Position numbers and translations under genes: made by a program. The notes below the pieces were generated by a model, which made no database searches, was not told the DNA's origin, and saw only the letters and a program-made list of their open reading frames with translations. Source: Macrostomum hystrix (Eukaryota > Animalia > Platyhelminthes). From it: a DNA stretch of 64,000 nucleotides. Shown piece by piece: positions 24,455 to 36,900 of this stretch. The first letter of the stretch is position 1. Every line of letters begins with the position of its first letter. The stretch is from NCBI GenBank assembly GCA_950097015.1, contig CATNEN010000031.1, forward strand, positions 3,224,001 to 3,288,000, given 5' to 3'.

Positions 24455-26574
24455 CTACTCTCTGCTGCTGTTGCTTGCTTTCTATATAAATTTTTCCTTA
24501 TGCGCCTGTCTTCTGACAGCTGTCTGATCACTTATGGCAACCCAGGAAATTTCACAAACAACTGAAATGGCTACAGATTGTTTGACTGCGTTCATTGACA
24601 CAAGGGATCAGAGAAACAAATAATAAACACTTTAATTACTAAATAAAAATATTATAATGGGTAAACTATTCATTAGTAACTAAACTTTGAAAACCCACCT
24701 CAAAATAATTTTTTTTGCTTTTAACATTAAACTTTAAACACTACAAAATTTTGCACTAATAGTAGCTGAATACATATTTATTTAGCTTAGTATAGTAAAC
24801 TAACAAAAATCTAAATTGATGTTAGAATAGACAAGGAAATGGCAGAAAAAAAGTAATGACCTGTATAGCCCTGTAAAGGTGCAAAATGTAGACAATATTT
24901 TATTTAAAAAAATAAACCTAAAAATCTTACTAATACTACCAAATTGAAAAAGCGATTTTTTTTCAACTTTTCAATTTTCAAGTAAACAGAAAGACACTAA
25001 AAAGCATTTCTTACATTTATATATGTTAAAATCAAGCATTGGACTATACTAATTGTAATGAATATATGTCCATTATTATTTTATTGTAAAATAACCGTCA
25101 CAACAGTCTATATAGAGTTATAACTTCAAGTAAAAAATTGTTAGACACTAAACCAAACATATTTTAATAGAACAATTTGTCTTACTGGATAGAATCTAAG
25201 ATACATTTTTGGAAATATGAAAGCACAATAGCCTCTAGAATACATTTCAGTTCAAAAAAATCGTAACTTATATAGTAAACTAAATAACAATTATGACTTA
25301 TGATATGAGTTTCATGCTTCGAAGGTTGCGAATCGAAAGATAAGATAAGGTTCGTAGAAAATTATTATCGCGGAAATTTTAAACTGAATTCTTTAGTAGT
25401 ATAACGAGAGTAAAATTAAGCCTATTTTAATCAACTTCTACAGTTAAATTCGTTCCATATATATATTTTTTTTAATTGCTTGCAAAGCTTTAAATGGTAA
25501 TCATTTAATTACCATTGGTGCATATTTTTGATATCCAGTATAAACAAACTCACATGTGAACTATCTAATTATGCCCTTACTTACATTACAGTGCGCTCGT
25601 TTTTGCTCAGTTTGCTCATTGTAAAGCGGAACATTTAATTTTCGATGTAGTTATAAAAGCTCGACTAAAGTTTTTAGCAATTAAATATTGTTCTGTTCGG
25701 TCATCAAATTATCAAATAAGTTATAAAATTAGATTTTTGTGCACTATAAAAAAGAATGGATGAATGTTATGTGTCACACATTCAAGCTAAATATGCTTTC
25801 TACATTTTTATTGTATCAAAAGAAATGAAGGTTTTGTATTTTTTGTACTTACTTTCAGTTGCTATCACTTTTCGTTTCATAAAGTATGTGGTTAGGCTAG
25901 GGTTATGTCAATATTATCTATTAATGTTATTCCTAATGAATCCTTAAGCTATATTAGTTGCACAAATTTAATTGGACCATTTATTTTGCTCTTCAGACTT
26001 TAACTTTAAGTTTTTAGCTACATTTTACAAACATTTAAATTGATTAACAAAGCTTTTTGTTTTAACAATCTTTTAATGCAGAGATTTTATGAAATCTATG
26101 TCACAAACACAGGTGGCAGATATGTAGATTATAATTTACCCTTTGTTATAGATACCACTGTCCTGGTGGTGTAGCGAAGATTTAGCCATGTACCCCATTG
26201 TCTACCTACCACCTACAGTGCAGCAGCATCAGAACAAAAAATCTTGCAAGGGTCATTATCCCCTTCACTGGTCATTGATATATTTAACAATGAAAGTGTT
26301 TATACACATTACATATTTCATATGTAAAGCTGTTTGTGTATGAGTGATTTGATCATGAGTGACTTATAGCAAGCAAGGTATAAGTGATTTTAAAGGGGAT
26401 AAGAAAATCCCTTGTATAACTTATCAATTTTGAACTTTTCATTCCAGGTTCTACTAATCAAAAAAGGAAATTCTAGCTCTAGTAAATACACTTATTAGGA
26501 GTGCTGAGGAAACAGATAGTTGGCATTACCTAGGACCTTGGCCATGATCATTAACGCCCTTTGTATATTCATAG

Positions 26575-27320
26575 GCAACACCCCTTCTCTGACCAGTGGA
26601 CACCCTTCTAATAGGCGACACCCCTTCTCTGACCATTGGACACCCTTCTAACAGGCAACACCCCTTCTCTGACCATTGGACACCCTTCTAACAGGCGACA
26701 CCCCTTCTGTGACCATTGGACACCCTTCTAACAGGCGACACCCCTTCTTTGACGACCATTGGACACCCTTCTAATAGGCGACATTCCTTCTCTGACCATT
26801 GGACACCCTTCTAACAGGCAACACCCATTCTCTGACCATTGGACACCCTTCTAACAGGCGACACCCCTTCTCTGACGACCATTGGACAGCCTTATAATAG
26901 GGGACACCCCTTCTCTGACCAGTGGACACCCTTCTAATAGGCGACATTCCTTCTCTGACCATTGGACACCCTTCTAACAGGCAACACCCATTCTCTGACC
27001 ATTGGACACCCTTCTAACAGGCAACACCCCTTCTCTGACCATTGGACACCCTTCTAACAGGCGACACCCCTTCTGTGACCATTGGACACCCTTCTAACAG
27101 GCGACACCCCTTCTTTGACGACCATTGGACACCCTTCTAATAGGCGACATTCCTTCTCTGACCATTGGACACCCTTCTAACAGGCAACACCCATTCTCTG
27201 ACCATTGGGCACCCTTCTAACAGGCGACACCCCTTCTCTGACGACCATTGGACAGCCTTATAATAGGGGACACCCCTTCTCTGACCATTGGACACCCTTC
27301 TTACAGGCCATACCCCTTTC
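26575..27320. repeat. Minisatellite, 40-bp unit with a ~365-bp higher-order duplication
   Basis: Unit gacacccttctaacaggcgacaccccttctctgaccattg; rare variant acgaccattggacagccttataatagggg recurs at 26875 and 27241. Confidence 0.92.
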
Positions 27321-27927
27321 CACAGTTGACAAAGTTTTAGATTGTATGATAAAAGTTAGGTAAGCTTAGCCAGATGTTAATAGCTTTATAGAAAAGATTT
27401 CAAACATAGCAAAATGCTGGGTGGTAACTGTGCCGTCGCGTCAATGTATACTGGGTGACTAGTTTTGCAGCGTTTAGTATCAAATTTCACGCTTTTAAGT
27501 GTGTCCACTACGCCACACTTAATTCTTTGTGAATTTAAAATGTGATACTTACTGTTTATTAGGCCCTATTGTTTATACCAAAACAAGTGCTAAGTTTCAC
27601 TTGTCTTATGCTAAGCTACTGCAGATAATGTGCTTATGATTTAGTTACTCGTACTTTGTATTTAATACTGCCCTGCCTGGCCACAAGGGGTAGATTTAGA
27701 GTTTAGACGATGATGCGCTGTTAAACAACTGTTTTCTATAGCTTATAGAAATTTAATCTTAGCCAGATCACAATTTAATGCTACTAACAGTAGCATTCTT
27801 AGAGTTCGAGCATCAAGTATCGTGTTTGGAAAAAATCGAACTTTGTCAATTGGAGTAACAGCTGGCCCTACAGTCGTGATCTGTGCTCATAAAACTAAAT
27901 TTTTGTTACATTTTCAGCTGCACGGGA

Positions 27928-30900
27928 ATGCCGGAGTCGGACCAGCCCACAGAGACCACCGGCCTGCTAGTAAATAGTTCCGATCGGTCCCTGTTGGACT
28001 CTGAGCAGCCGGCTGTGCGCACTCCGAGTGAGAGCTTTATCTGTGCTCAAGTCTAAATAGCGCCTGAAGATAAACCGTTTATTTATTTTGTCGCTACCCC
28101 TTGGCCCGCTACCCCTTGGCCCGCTACCCCTTGGCCCGCTACCCCTTGGCCCGCTACCCCTTGGCCCGCTACCCCTTGGCCCGCTACCCCTTGGCGCGCT
28201 ACCCCTTGGCGCGCTACCCCTTGCCACCTCTGCGAACCCTTGCCGCTGCTATCTCTTGCTGCTACATCTTGCCGCCCTTAATCAATTTCCGCCATATCCC
28301 ATGCCGCAGCTAAAACATTTTTCTTACTTTTTGGACTTGCTCAAGGCCAAGCAATAATTAGCTAATCGGATCCCCAACCCGCCGCTCCCGCAGTCAATGA
28401 GTCTGGTAGCGGCTGGCTACTCTCCGGCTTCATAGTGATCAACGCGGCCCTTGGCGCCGGCCTATTAAACTTTCCGCAGGCCTGCTACAAAGCCGGCGGA
28501 GTTGCTGCCACACTCATTGTGCAGTTCGTCCTGCTCGGCTTCATTGTCGGCTCCCTGGTGCTGCTGGCGTTCGTGTCCGACAGGGGCCAGGCGGCCACCT
28601 ACCAGGAGGCGGTGTCTGGACTCCTCGGCCGCGCCGGCAGGCTAGCCAGCGCCGCCTGCATCGCAGTGTACTGCTTCGGCACCTGCATTACATTTATCAT
28701 TATTATTGGCGACCAATGGGACCGAAGTGAGCGAATTTTACTGCTGCAAAAATCCTGAACCTAGGATTAAAGGAGAGGTGATACAGGGGAGAGAGGCGAC
28801 ATGGCAGATATGAGACACAGGAGAGATGAGAGATAAAACAGGAGACAGGATGGATAAGCAGGGATAAGACAGGAGGGATGAGACGGGGAGAGATGAGACG
28901 GGGAGAAATTAGACAGGGAGAGATGAGGCGGGGAGAGATGAGACAGGGAGAGATAAGACAAGGAGAGATGAGACGGGAAGAGATAAGACAGGGAAGAGAT
29001 AAGACAGGGAGAGATGAGACGCATATGTGGTTCAGGCCCGAATTAAGGACTTTTGCGGACCCTTGTCATTCAGCGTACTTTTAGTAGCCTATGATGTACA
29101 GCATTTATATGCTAAAAATCTGCCAGCATCAAGAATCATTTATAGGGAAGACATTTATAATAGAAAAAATAAATGACTGACACATGGAAAATGATCGTAC
29201 TTCATAGAGATAGTCTCAGTGTCTGAAATGCTAGTCAGACAATATAAAATAATCTATACGTCTTCATCTATATCTGTCAGCTAAATGGACTTGATGATAC
29301 AAAAACACTAAAGCTAATCATTTCTACCCACTCTATTAACCTGAAAAATTCAGCAAACTCAAAATCCATTAGATTTTCTAGAGCTCTGTTTTAATGTCGC
29401 GATTTTAATATTTTATAGTGTTTCGAGCGGATGTGAGCGTGTCCTAAATGATCACACCTGTGACCGTCAATGTTACCATGCTATTGTGACGGTCACCGTG
29501 CCCTGAATGATCACACCCGTGACCGTCAATGTTACCATGCGATTGTGGCGGTCACCGTGTCCTGAATGATCACACCTGTGACCGTCAATGTTACCATGCG
29601 ATTGTGACGGTCACCGTGCCCTGAATGATCACAACTGTGACCGTCAATGTTACCATGCGATTGTGACGGTCACCGTGTCCTGAATGATCACAACTGTGAC
29701 CGTCAATGTTACCATGCGATTGTGACGGTCACCGTGTCCTGAATGATCACAACTGTGACCGTCAATGTTACCATGCGATTGTGACGGTCACCGTGTCCTG
29801 AATGATCACACCTGTGACCGTCAATGTTACCATGCGATTGTGACGGTCACCGTGCCCTGAATGATCACACCCGTGACCGTCAATGTTACCATGCTATTGT
29901 GACGGTCACCGTGTCCTGAATGATCACACCTGTGACCGTCAATGTTACCATGCGATTGTGACGGTCACCGTGTCCTGAATGATCACACCTGTGACCGTCA
30001 ATGTTACCATGCGATTGTGACGGTCACCGTGTCCTGAATGATCACACCTGTGACCGTCAATGTACCATGCGATTGTGACGGTCACCGTGTCCTGAATGAT
30101 CACACCTGTGACCGTCAATGTTACCATGCTATTGTGACGGTCACAGTGCCCTGAATGATCACACCTGTGACCGTCAATGTTACCATGCGATTGTGGCGGT
30201 CACCGTGTCCTGAATGATCACACCTGTGACCGTCAATGTTACCATGCTATTGTGACGGTCACCGTGTCCTGAATGATCACACCTGTGACCGTCAATGTTA
30301 CCATGCTATTGTGACGGTCACCGTGTCCTGAATGATCACACCTGTGACCGTCAATGTTACCATGCTATTGTGACGGTCACCGTGTCCTGAATGATCACAT
30401 CTGTGACCGTCAATGTTACCATGCTATTGTGACGGTCACCGTGCCCTGAATGATCACACCCGTAACCGTCAATGTTACTATGCTATTGTGACGGTCACCG
30501 TGCCCTGAATGATCACACCCGTGACCGTCAATGTTACCATGCTATTGTGACGGTCACCGTGTCCTGAATGATCACACCTGTGACCGTCAATGTTACCATG
30601 CGATTGTGACGGTCACCGTGTCCTGAATGATCACACCTGTGACCGTCAATGTTACCATGCGATTGTGACGGTCACCGTGTCCTGAATGATCACACCCGTG
30701 ACCGTCAATGTTACCATGCGATTGTGACGGTCACCGTGCCCTGAATGATCACACCCGTGACCGTCAATGTTACCATGCGATTGTGACGGTCACCGTGTCC
30801 TGAATGATCACACCTGTGACCGTCAATGTTACCATGCGATTGTGACGGTCACCGTGTCCTGAATGATCACACCTGTGACCGTCAATGTTACCATGCGATT

Positions 30901-33900
30901 GTGACGGTCACCGTGTCCTGAATGATCACACATGTGACCGTCAATGTTACCATGCGATTGTGACGGTCACCGTGTCCTGAATGATCACACCTGTGACCGT
31001 CAATGTTACCATGCTATTGTGACGGTCACCGTGCCCTGAATGATCACACCCGTAACCGTCAATGTTACTATGCGATTGTGACGGTCACCGTGTCCTGAAT
31101 GATCACACCTGTGACCGTCAATGTTACCATGCTATTGTGACGGTCACCGTGTCTTGAATGATCACACCTGTGACCGTCAATGTTATCATGCTATTGTGAC
31201 GGTCACCGTGTCCTGAATGATCACACCTGTGACCGTCAATGTTACCATGCTATTGTGACGGTCACCGTGTCCTGAATGATCACACCTGTGACCGTCAATG
31301 TTACCATGCTATTGTGACGGTCACCGTGTCCTGAATGATCACACCTGTGACCGTCAATGTTACCATGCTATTGTGACGGTCACCGTGTCCTGAATGATCA
31401 CACCTGTGACCGTCAATGTTACCATGCGATTGTGACGGTCACCGTGTCCTGAATGATCACACCCGTGACCGTCAATGTTACCATGCGATTGTGACGGTCA
31501 CCGTGCCCTGAATGATCACACCCGTGACCGTCAATGTTACCATGCGATTGTGACGGTCACCGTGTCCTGAATGATCACACCTGTGACCGTCAATGTTACC
31601 ATGCGATTGTGACGGTCACCGTGTCCTGAATGATCACACATGTGACCGTCAATGTTACCAAGCTATTGTGACGGTCACCGTGTCCTGAATGATCACACCT
31701 GTGACCGTCAATGTTACCATGCTATTGTGACGGTCACCGTGTCCTGAATGATCACACATGTGACCGTCAATGTTACCATGCGATTGTGACGGTCACCGTG
31801 TCCTGAATGATCACACATGTGACCGTCAATGTTACCATGCTATTGTGACGGTCACCGTGTCCTGAATGATCACACCCGTGACCGTCAATGTTATCATGCG
31901 ATTGTGACGGTCACCGTGTCCTGAATGATCACACCTGTGACCGCCTGAGTCGGTCAAATTTCTATGGTCACAGATCTTCTTTGATCTTTTACTGTACATT
32001 CGGATAAGATAATCTCAGAACACCCTGCCGCTGTCATCTGCCCCCGCAGTCTCGAGCCAATTCCTATCCCAGGCGGCACAGTCGCAGCCCTACGCCAGCA
32101 AGGAGCTGGTCATGTCCGTCAGCGCACTGCTGCTCATTCTGCCGCTGTGCTTCACTAAGCGCATCGACTTCCTCAAATATGCCAGGTGTGTATATTGAAA
32201 TATTAGTGGGTTTCAGTCAAGATTTCTGGGTTACAATTGTTGTTTTACAAATAATACCGGAAACGTATTTCCCGCATTCCGCATGCTGACACCCCACTGT
32301 TATTACTGACATCCTCTGTTATTACTGACACCCCACTGTTATTACCCGCTAAAAAATAGGGATGTTTCTTTGGATGATTCCAGTTGGAATCTGCGGTGTT
32401 TCCAGAAAAAGAAACAGCCAAACGCTGGAAACATACCAATCGGATGATTCCATGCTTAGAATCTACCCAACTGGGCGTTTTCTCGGTGCTTCTTGGTGGC
32501 GAAATGGAATCACCCAAAGAATCCTCCAGTTCGGAAGATTCCATGCTCAGAAACCGCCGAGGAATCGCCCGTAAATAATTCTCTGGTTGTCCCATGGGCC
32601 ACTGGTTCGGGTGATTCTTCGGCGGTTTCCGCACAATTTACGGTAAAATCGGCTGCTTCCTGGGTGGTTTCTTAAAATCTTGCGAGATAGGGGGGATTTT
32701 GGTAGATTCCACTCCTATTTTGCACAAAAAACCCGCCGAAGAAGCAGCCGAATTTTTTACAGGGTACTGACACCCCACTGTTATTACTGACATCGCACTG
32801 TTATTACTGACATCGCACTGTTATTACTGACATCGCACTATTATTACTGACACCACTGTTATTACTGACACCCCACTGTTGTACTGACACCCCACTGTTA
32901 TTACTGACATTGCACTGTTATTACTGACATCCCACTGTTGTACTGACACCCCACTGTTATTACTGACATCGCACTGTTATTACTGACACTCCACTGTTAT
33001 TACTGACGTCCCACTGTTATTACTGACATCGCACTGTTATTACTGACACTCCACTGTTATTACTGACACTCCGCAGTTATTACTGACATCGCACTGTTAT
33101 TACTGACACTCCACTGTTATTACTGACACCCCACTGTTATGCTGACATTACACTGTTATTACTGACACCCCACTATTAATACTGACATTACACTGTTATT
33201 ACTGACACCCCACTATTAATACTGACACTCCACTGTTATTACTGACGTCCCACTGTTATTACTGACATCGCACTGTTATTACTGACACCCCACTGATATT
33301 ACTGACACCCCACTGTTATTACTGACACTACAATATTAATACTGACGTCCCACAGTTATTACTGACACCCCACTGTTATTACTGACACCCCACTGTTATT
33401 ACTGACACCCCACTGTTATTACTGACACTACAATATTAATACTGACGTCCCACTTATTTTTAAAACCTTTCTCGAGGGGCATATGCGTTCAACCCACTGA
33501 AGGATGGCGAGACTGCAGGGGCCTCCCTCTAACTGACGGATTTGGGTCATCGTGTCCCAATGCCCTAATGTAGTTGTACGTCAGAGCAGTGTTGTACAAG
33601 TGTCATCTGAATAACTTGTCCCTGGCACATCAACGAATTTTAGATATAATAAAAGATCGGCTTAGAGACAGAGAGAGAGCGGCGCCTCAAAGAAGATAAG
33701 AGATTTACGATAGGCATTAGGACTAAAAAGCAAATGGGAGGCCGCTAGGCGAGCATAAATTGTCACACACCGCCATGCCAGCCGGCCAGCCGGGCTCTCC
33801 CGTCTGAAATCCTACAAAATCGGCGCCGATTCCCTCGTGGTTGGGCGGTGGTGGCGCGTGGATCCCCGGCCTTCTGCTATGCGCTGTAATCGGATTTCGG

Positions 33901-36900
33901 GCGATCTCCAGCTCTAACACAATTGCCAACTTTACTGCTAGAAGGATGCGGCAGGACGTTTTGAAAAACAACTTTTTTGTTTTTCTTTTGCCGATCGGTT
34001 TCTGAGCGGTTTGGATGGGTTGGCGGGTTGATAAACTGATGAGCAATATATCGCAGTTAATATAGCTAGTATCCAGCATATTATTGGTACAATACTAAAC
34101 GGTAAAAGTGCAGTTTATTTGCATGCATATATGCGAATTTCAGCGCAGCCGGTGTTCTCGGAGTTCTGTACATGTGCGTCATGGTGGTGGTCAAGTACTT
34201 CATTAGTGCCAGCTCTGAGCAGCCTTTGCCCACTAGGTGAGTTTTTTTAATTAAAATCTTAATTAAACTAGAATTAATGTGAAACAAATTTCTCACCTCT
34301 TCCATGTCTCATCTCCCCCTGTGTCATCTCTCCCATGTGTCATCTCCCGTCTCATCTCTCCCATGCCTCGTCTCTCCCGTGTCTCATCTCTCCCATGCCT
34401 CATCTTTCCCAGACCTCGTCTCTCCCATGCCTCATCTCTCCCATGCCTCATCTCTCCCCTGCCTCATCTCTCCCTTGTCTTATCTCTCCCATGTCTCATC
34501 TCTCCCATACCTCATCTTTGGTGTCTCATCTCTCGATCCCATGCCTCGTCTCTCCCGTGTCTCATCTCTCCCATGCCTCATCTTTCCCAGACCTCATCTC
34601 TCCCATGCCTCATCTCTTCCGTGTCTCATCTCTCCCATGCCTCATCTCTCCCCTGCCTCATCTCTCCCTTGTCTTATCTCTCCCATGTCTCATCTCTCCC
34701 ACGTCTCATCTCTCCCATGCCTCATCTCTCCCATGCCTCATCTTTCCCAGACCTCATCTCTCCCATGCCTCATCTCTCCCATGCCTCATCTTTCCCAGAC
34801 CTCATCTCTCCCATGCCTCATCTCTTCCGTGTCTCATCTCTCCCATGCCTCATCTCTCCCCTGCCTCATCTCTCCCTTGTCTTATCTCTCCCATGTCTCA
34901 TCTCTCCCACGTCTCATCTCTCCCATGCCTCATCTCTCCCATGCCTCATCTCTCCCGTGTCTTATCTCTCCCATGTCTCATCTCTCCCACGTCTCATCTC
35001 TCCCATGCCTCATCTCTCCCGTGTCTCATCTCTCCCATACCTCATCTTTGGTGTCTCATCTCTCTCCCATGCCTCATCTTTGGTGTCTCATCTCTCTCCC
35101 ATACCTCATCTTTGGTGTCTCATCTCTCTCCCATGCCTCATCTTTGGTGTCTCATCTCTCTCCCATACCTCATCTTTGGTGTCTCATCTCTCTCCCATGC
35201 CTCATCTCTCCCGTGTCTCATCACTACCATGCCTCATCTCTCCCTTGTCTTATCTCTCCCATGTCTCATCTCTCACACGTCTCATCTCTACTATGGCTTA
35301 TCTCTCCCGTGTCTCGTCTCTCTTTTTTCTCACCTCTCCCCTGTCTCCTCTCTCTGTGTCATCTCTCTTCTGTCTCATCTGGCCCCCGTCTTCCTTTTTT
35401 CTCTGCTTCAGTATTTAAGTAACGCAACAGTAAGTATTTAGACTGAATAGAAACACATCGATGGTCCACTTTCCATCTGCTTGCCCCCTCCCCAACGGCC
35501 AGGCCAAAGTCTATAATCGATGTGTTCAACGTGGTGCCGACCATCTGCTTCGGCTATCAGTGCCACGTGTCCGTTGTGCCCGTGTACTCGTGCATGCGCC
35601 GGCGCTGCCTGTCTCAGTTCGCCCGCACCGTCTCTTTCGCCATGCTGGTCTGCTTCTTGGCCTACAGCGCCACGGCTGTCTTCGGCTACTGGTCGTTTGG
35701 CGCCGGCGTCCAAAGCGACGTGTTGGAGAACTACGAGGCGACGCCGGATGTTCTTGTTGGAATCTGCTTGCTGGCCTTTAAAATCTGCACAACCTATCCC
35801 ATACTGCTGTTCTGTGGCAGGTGCGAAGTCTGGGCCTCTGCTGATTGGCGGGCAGGGGTTTCTCGGTTATCGATGAAGTCTCGGTTTTCATGAGCTTGGT
35901 TCCTTATGGGAGTCCTGGCCTTCAGGGAGTCGACTCGGGGTCTTCAGGGAGTCCTGGTCTTCAGGGAGTCCTGGTCTTCAGGGACTCTGGGGCTTCAGGG
36001 AGTCCTGGTCTTCATGGAGTCCTGGTCTTCAGGGAGTCGACTCGGGGTCTTCAGGGACTCAAGGTCTTAAGGGAATCCTGATCTTCAGGGACTCCGGGTC
36101 TTCAGGGAGTCAGGGTCTTCAGGGAGTCAGGGTCTTCAGGGACTCCGGGTCTTCAGGGAGTCAGGGTCTTCAGGGAGTCAGGGTCTTCAGGGAGTCCGGG
36201 TCTTCAGGGACTCCGGGTCTTCAGGGACTCAAGGTCTTAAGGGAATCCTGATCTTCAGGGAGTCCTGGTCTTCAGGGACTCCGGGTCTTCAGGGAGTCAG
36301 GGTCTTCAGGGAGTCAGGGTCTTCAGGGAGTCAGGGTCTTCAGGGACTCCGGGTCTTCAGGGAGTCAGGGTCTTCAGGGAGTCAGGGTCTTCAGGGAGTC
36401 AGGGTCTTCAGGGACTCCTGGTCTTCATGGAGCCAGGTTATTTTCAAGCGAAAGATTCCAGGTATCTGTCCGCCAGTAGAAAATGCATGTGCTCGAACAG
36501 GTGACGAATAGATTACAGGAGCCGGCAGCAGGCCAGGTTTTTTTATAGTCCTCTTTTTCTCATCCGAATCCTGCATAAATGGCCTTTGGCATTTGCTGGC
36601 ATTTTCGTTGTTTAATGGCGCGTAAATGCAAATGCAAAACTATGTACTACTTGCACTGAGGGGTCGACTATCTTACTGTAGACGCACATATCTCGCACAC
36701 ACAGGCTGCAAATGAGTAACATGGAATTATTAGTTTTATCCCGAGCCGTCTGGCATAGCATTATTTATTGTGCATGCAGATGCAGCATCCAAATCCAGAC
36801 TTATATGGCTCACACTTGTCTGCAATGTCTAGCAATTTTAGCAATACTTTAACAGGCAATATCATGCGAACTGCATGACCGTCACGCCTTCGAATCCCAC

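Noticed and set aside
29450-31945. CRISPR-like palindromic repeats
   Set aside because: No unique spacers, no cas genes, eukaryotic intron.
34279-35441. Three ~370-aa Ser/Leu/His/Pro-rich ORFs
   Set aside because: 16-bp pyrimidine repeat filling SLC38 intron 4.
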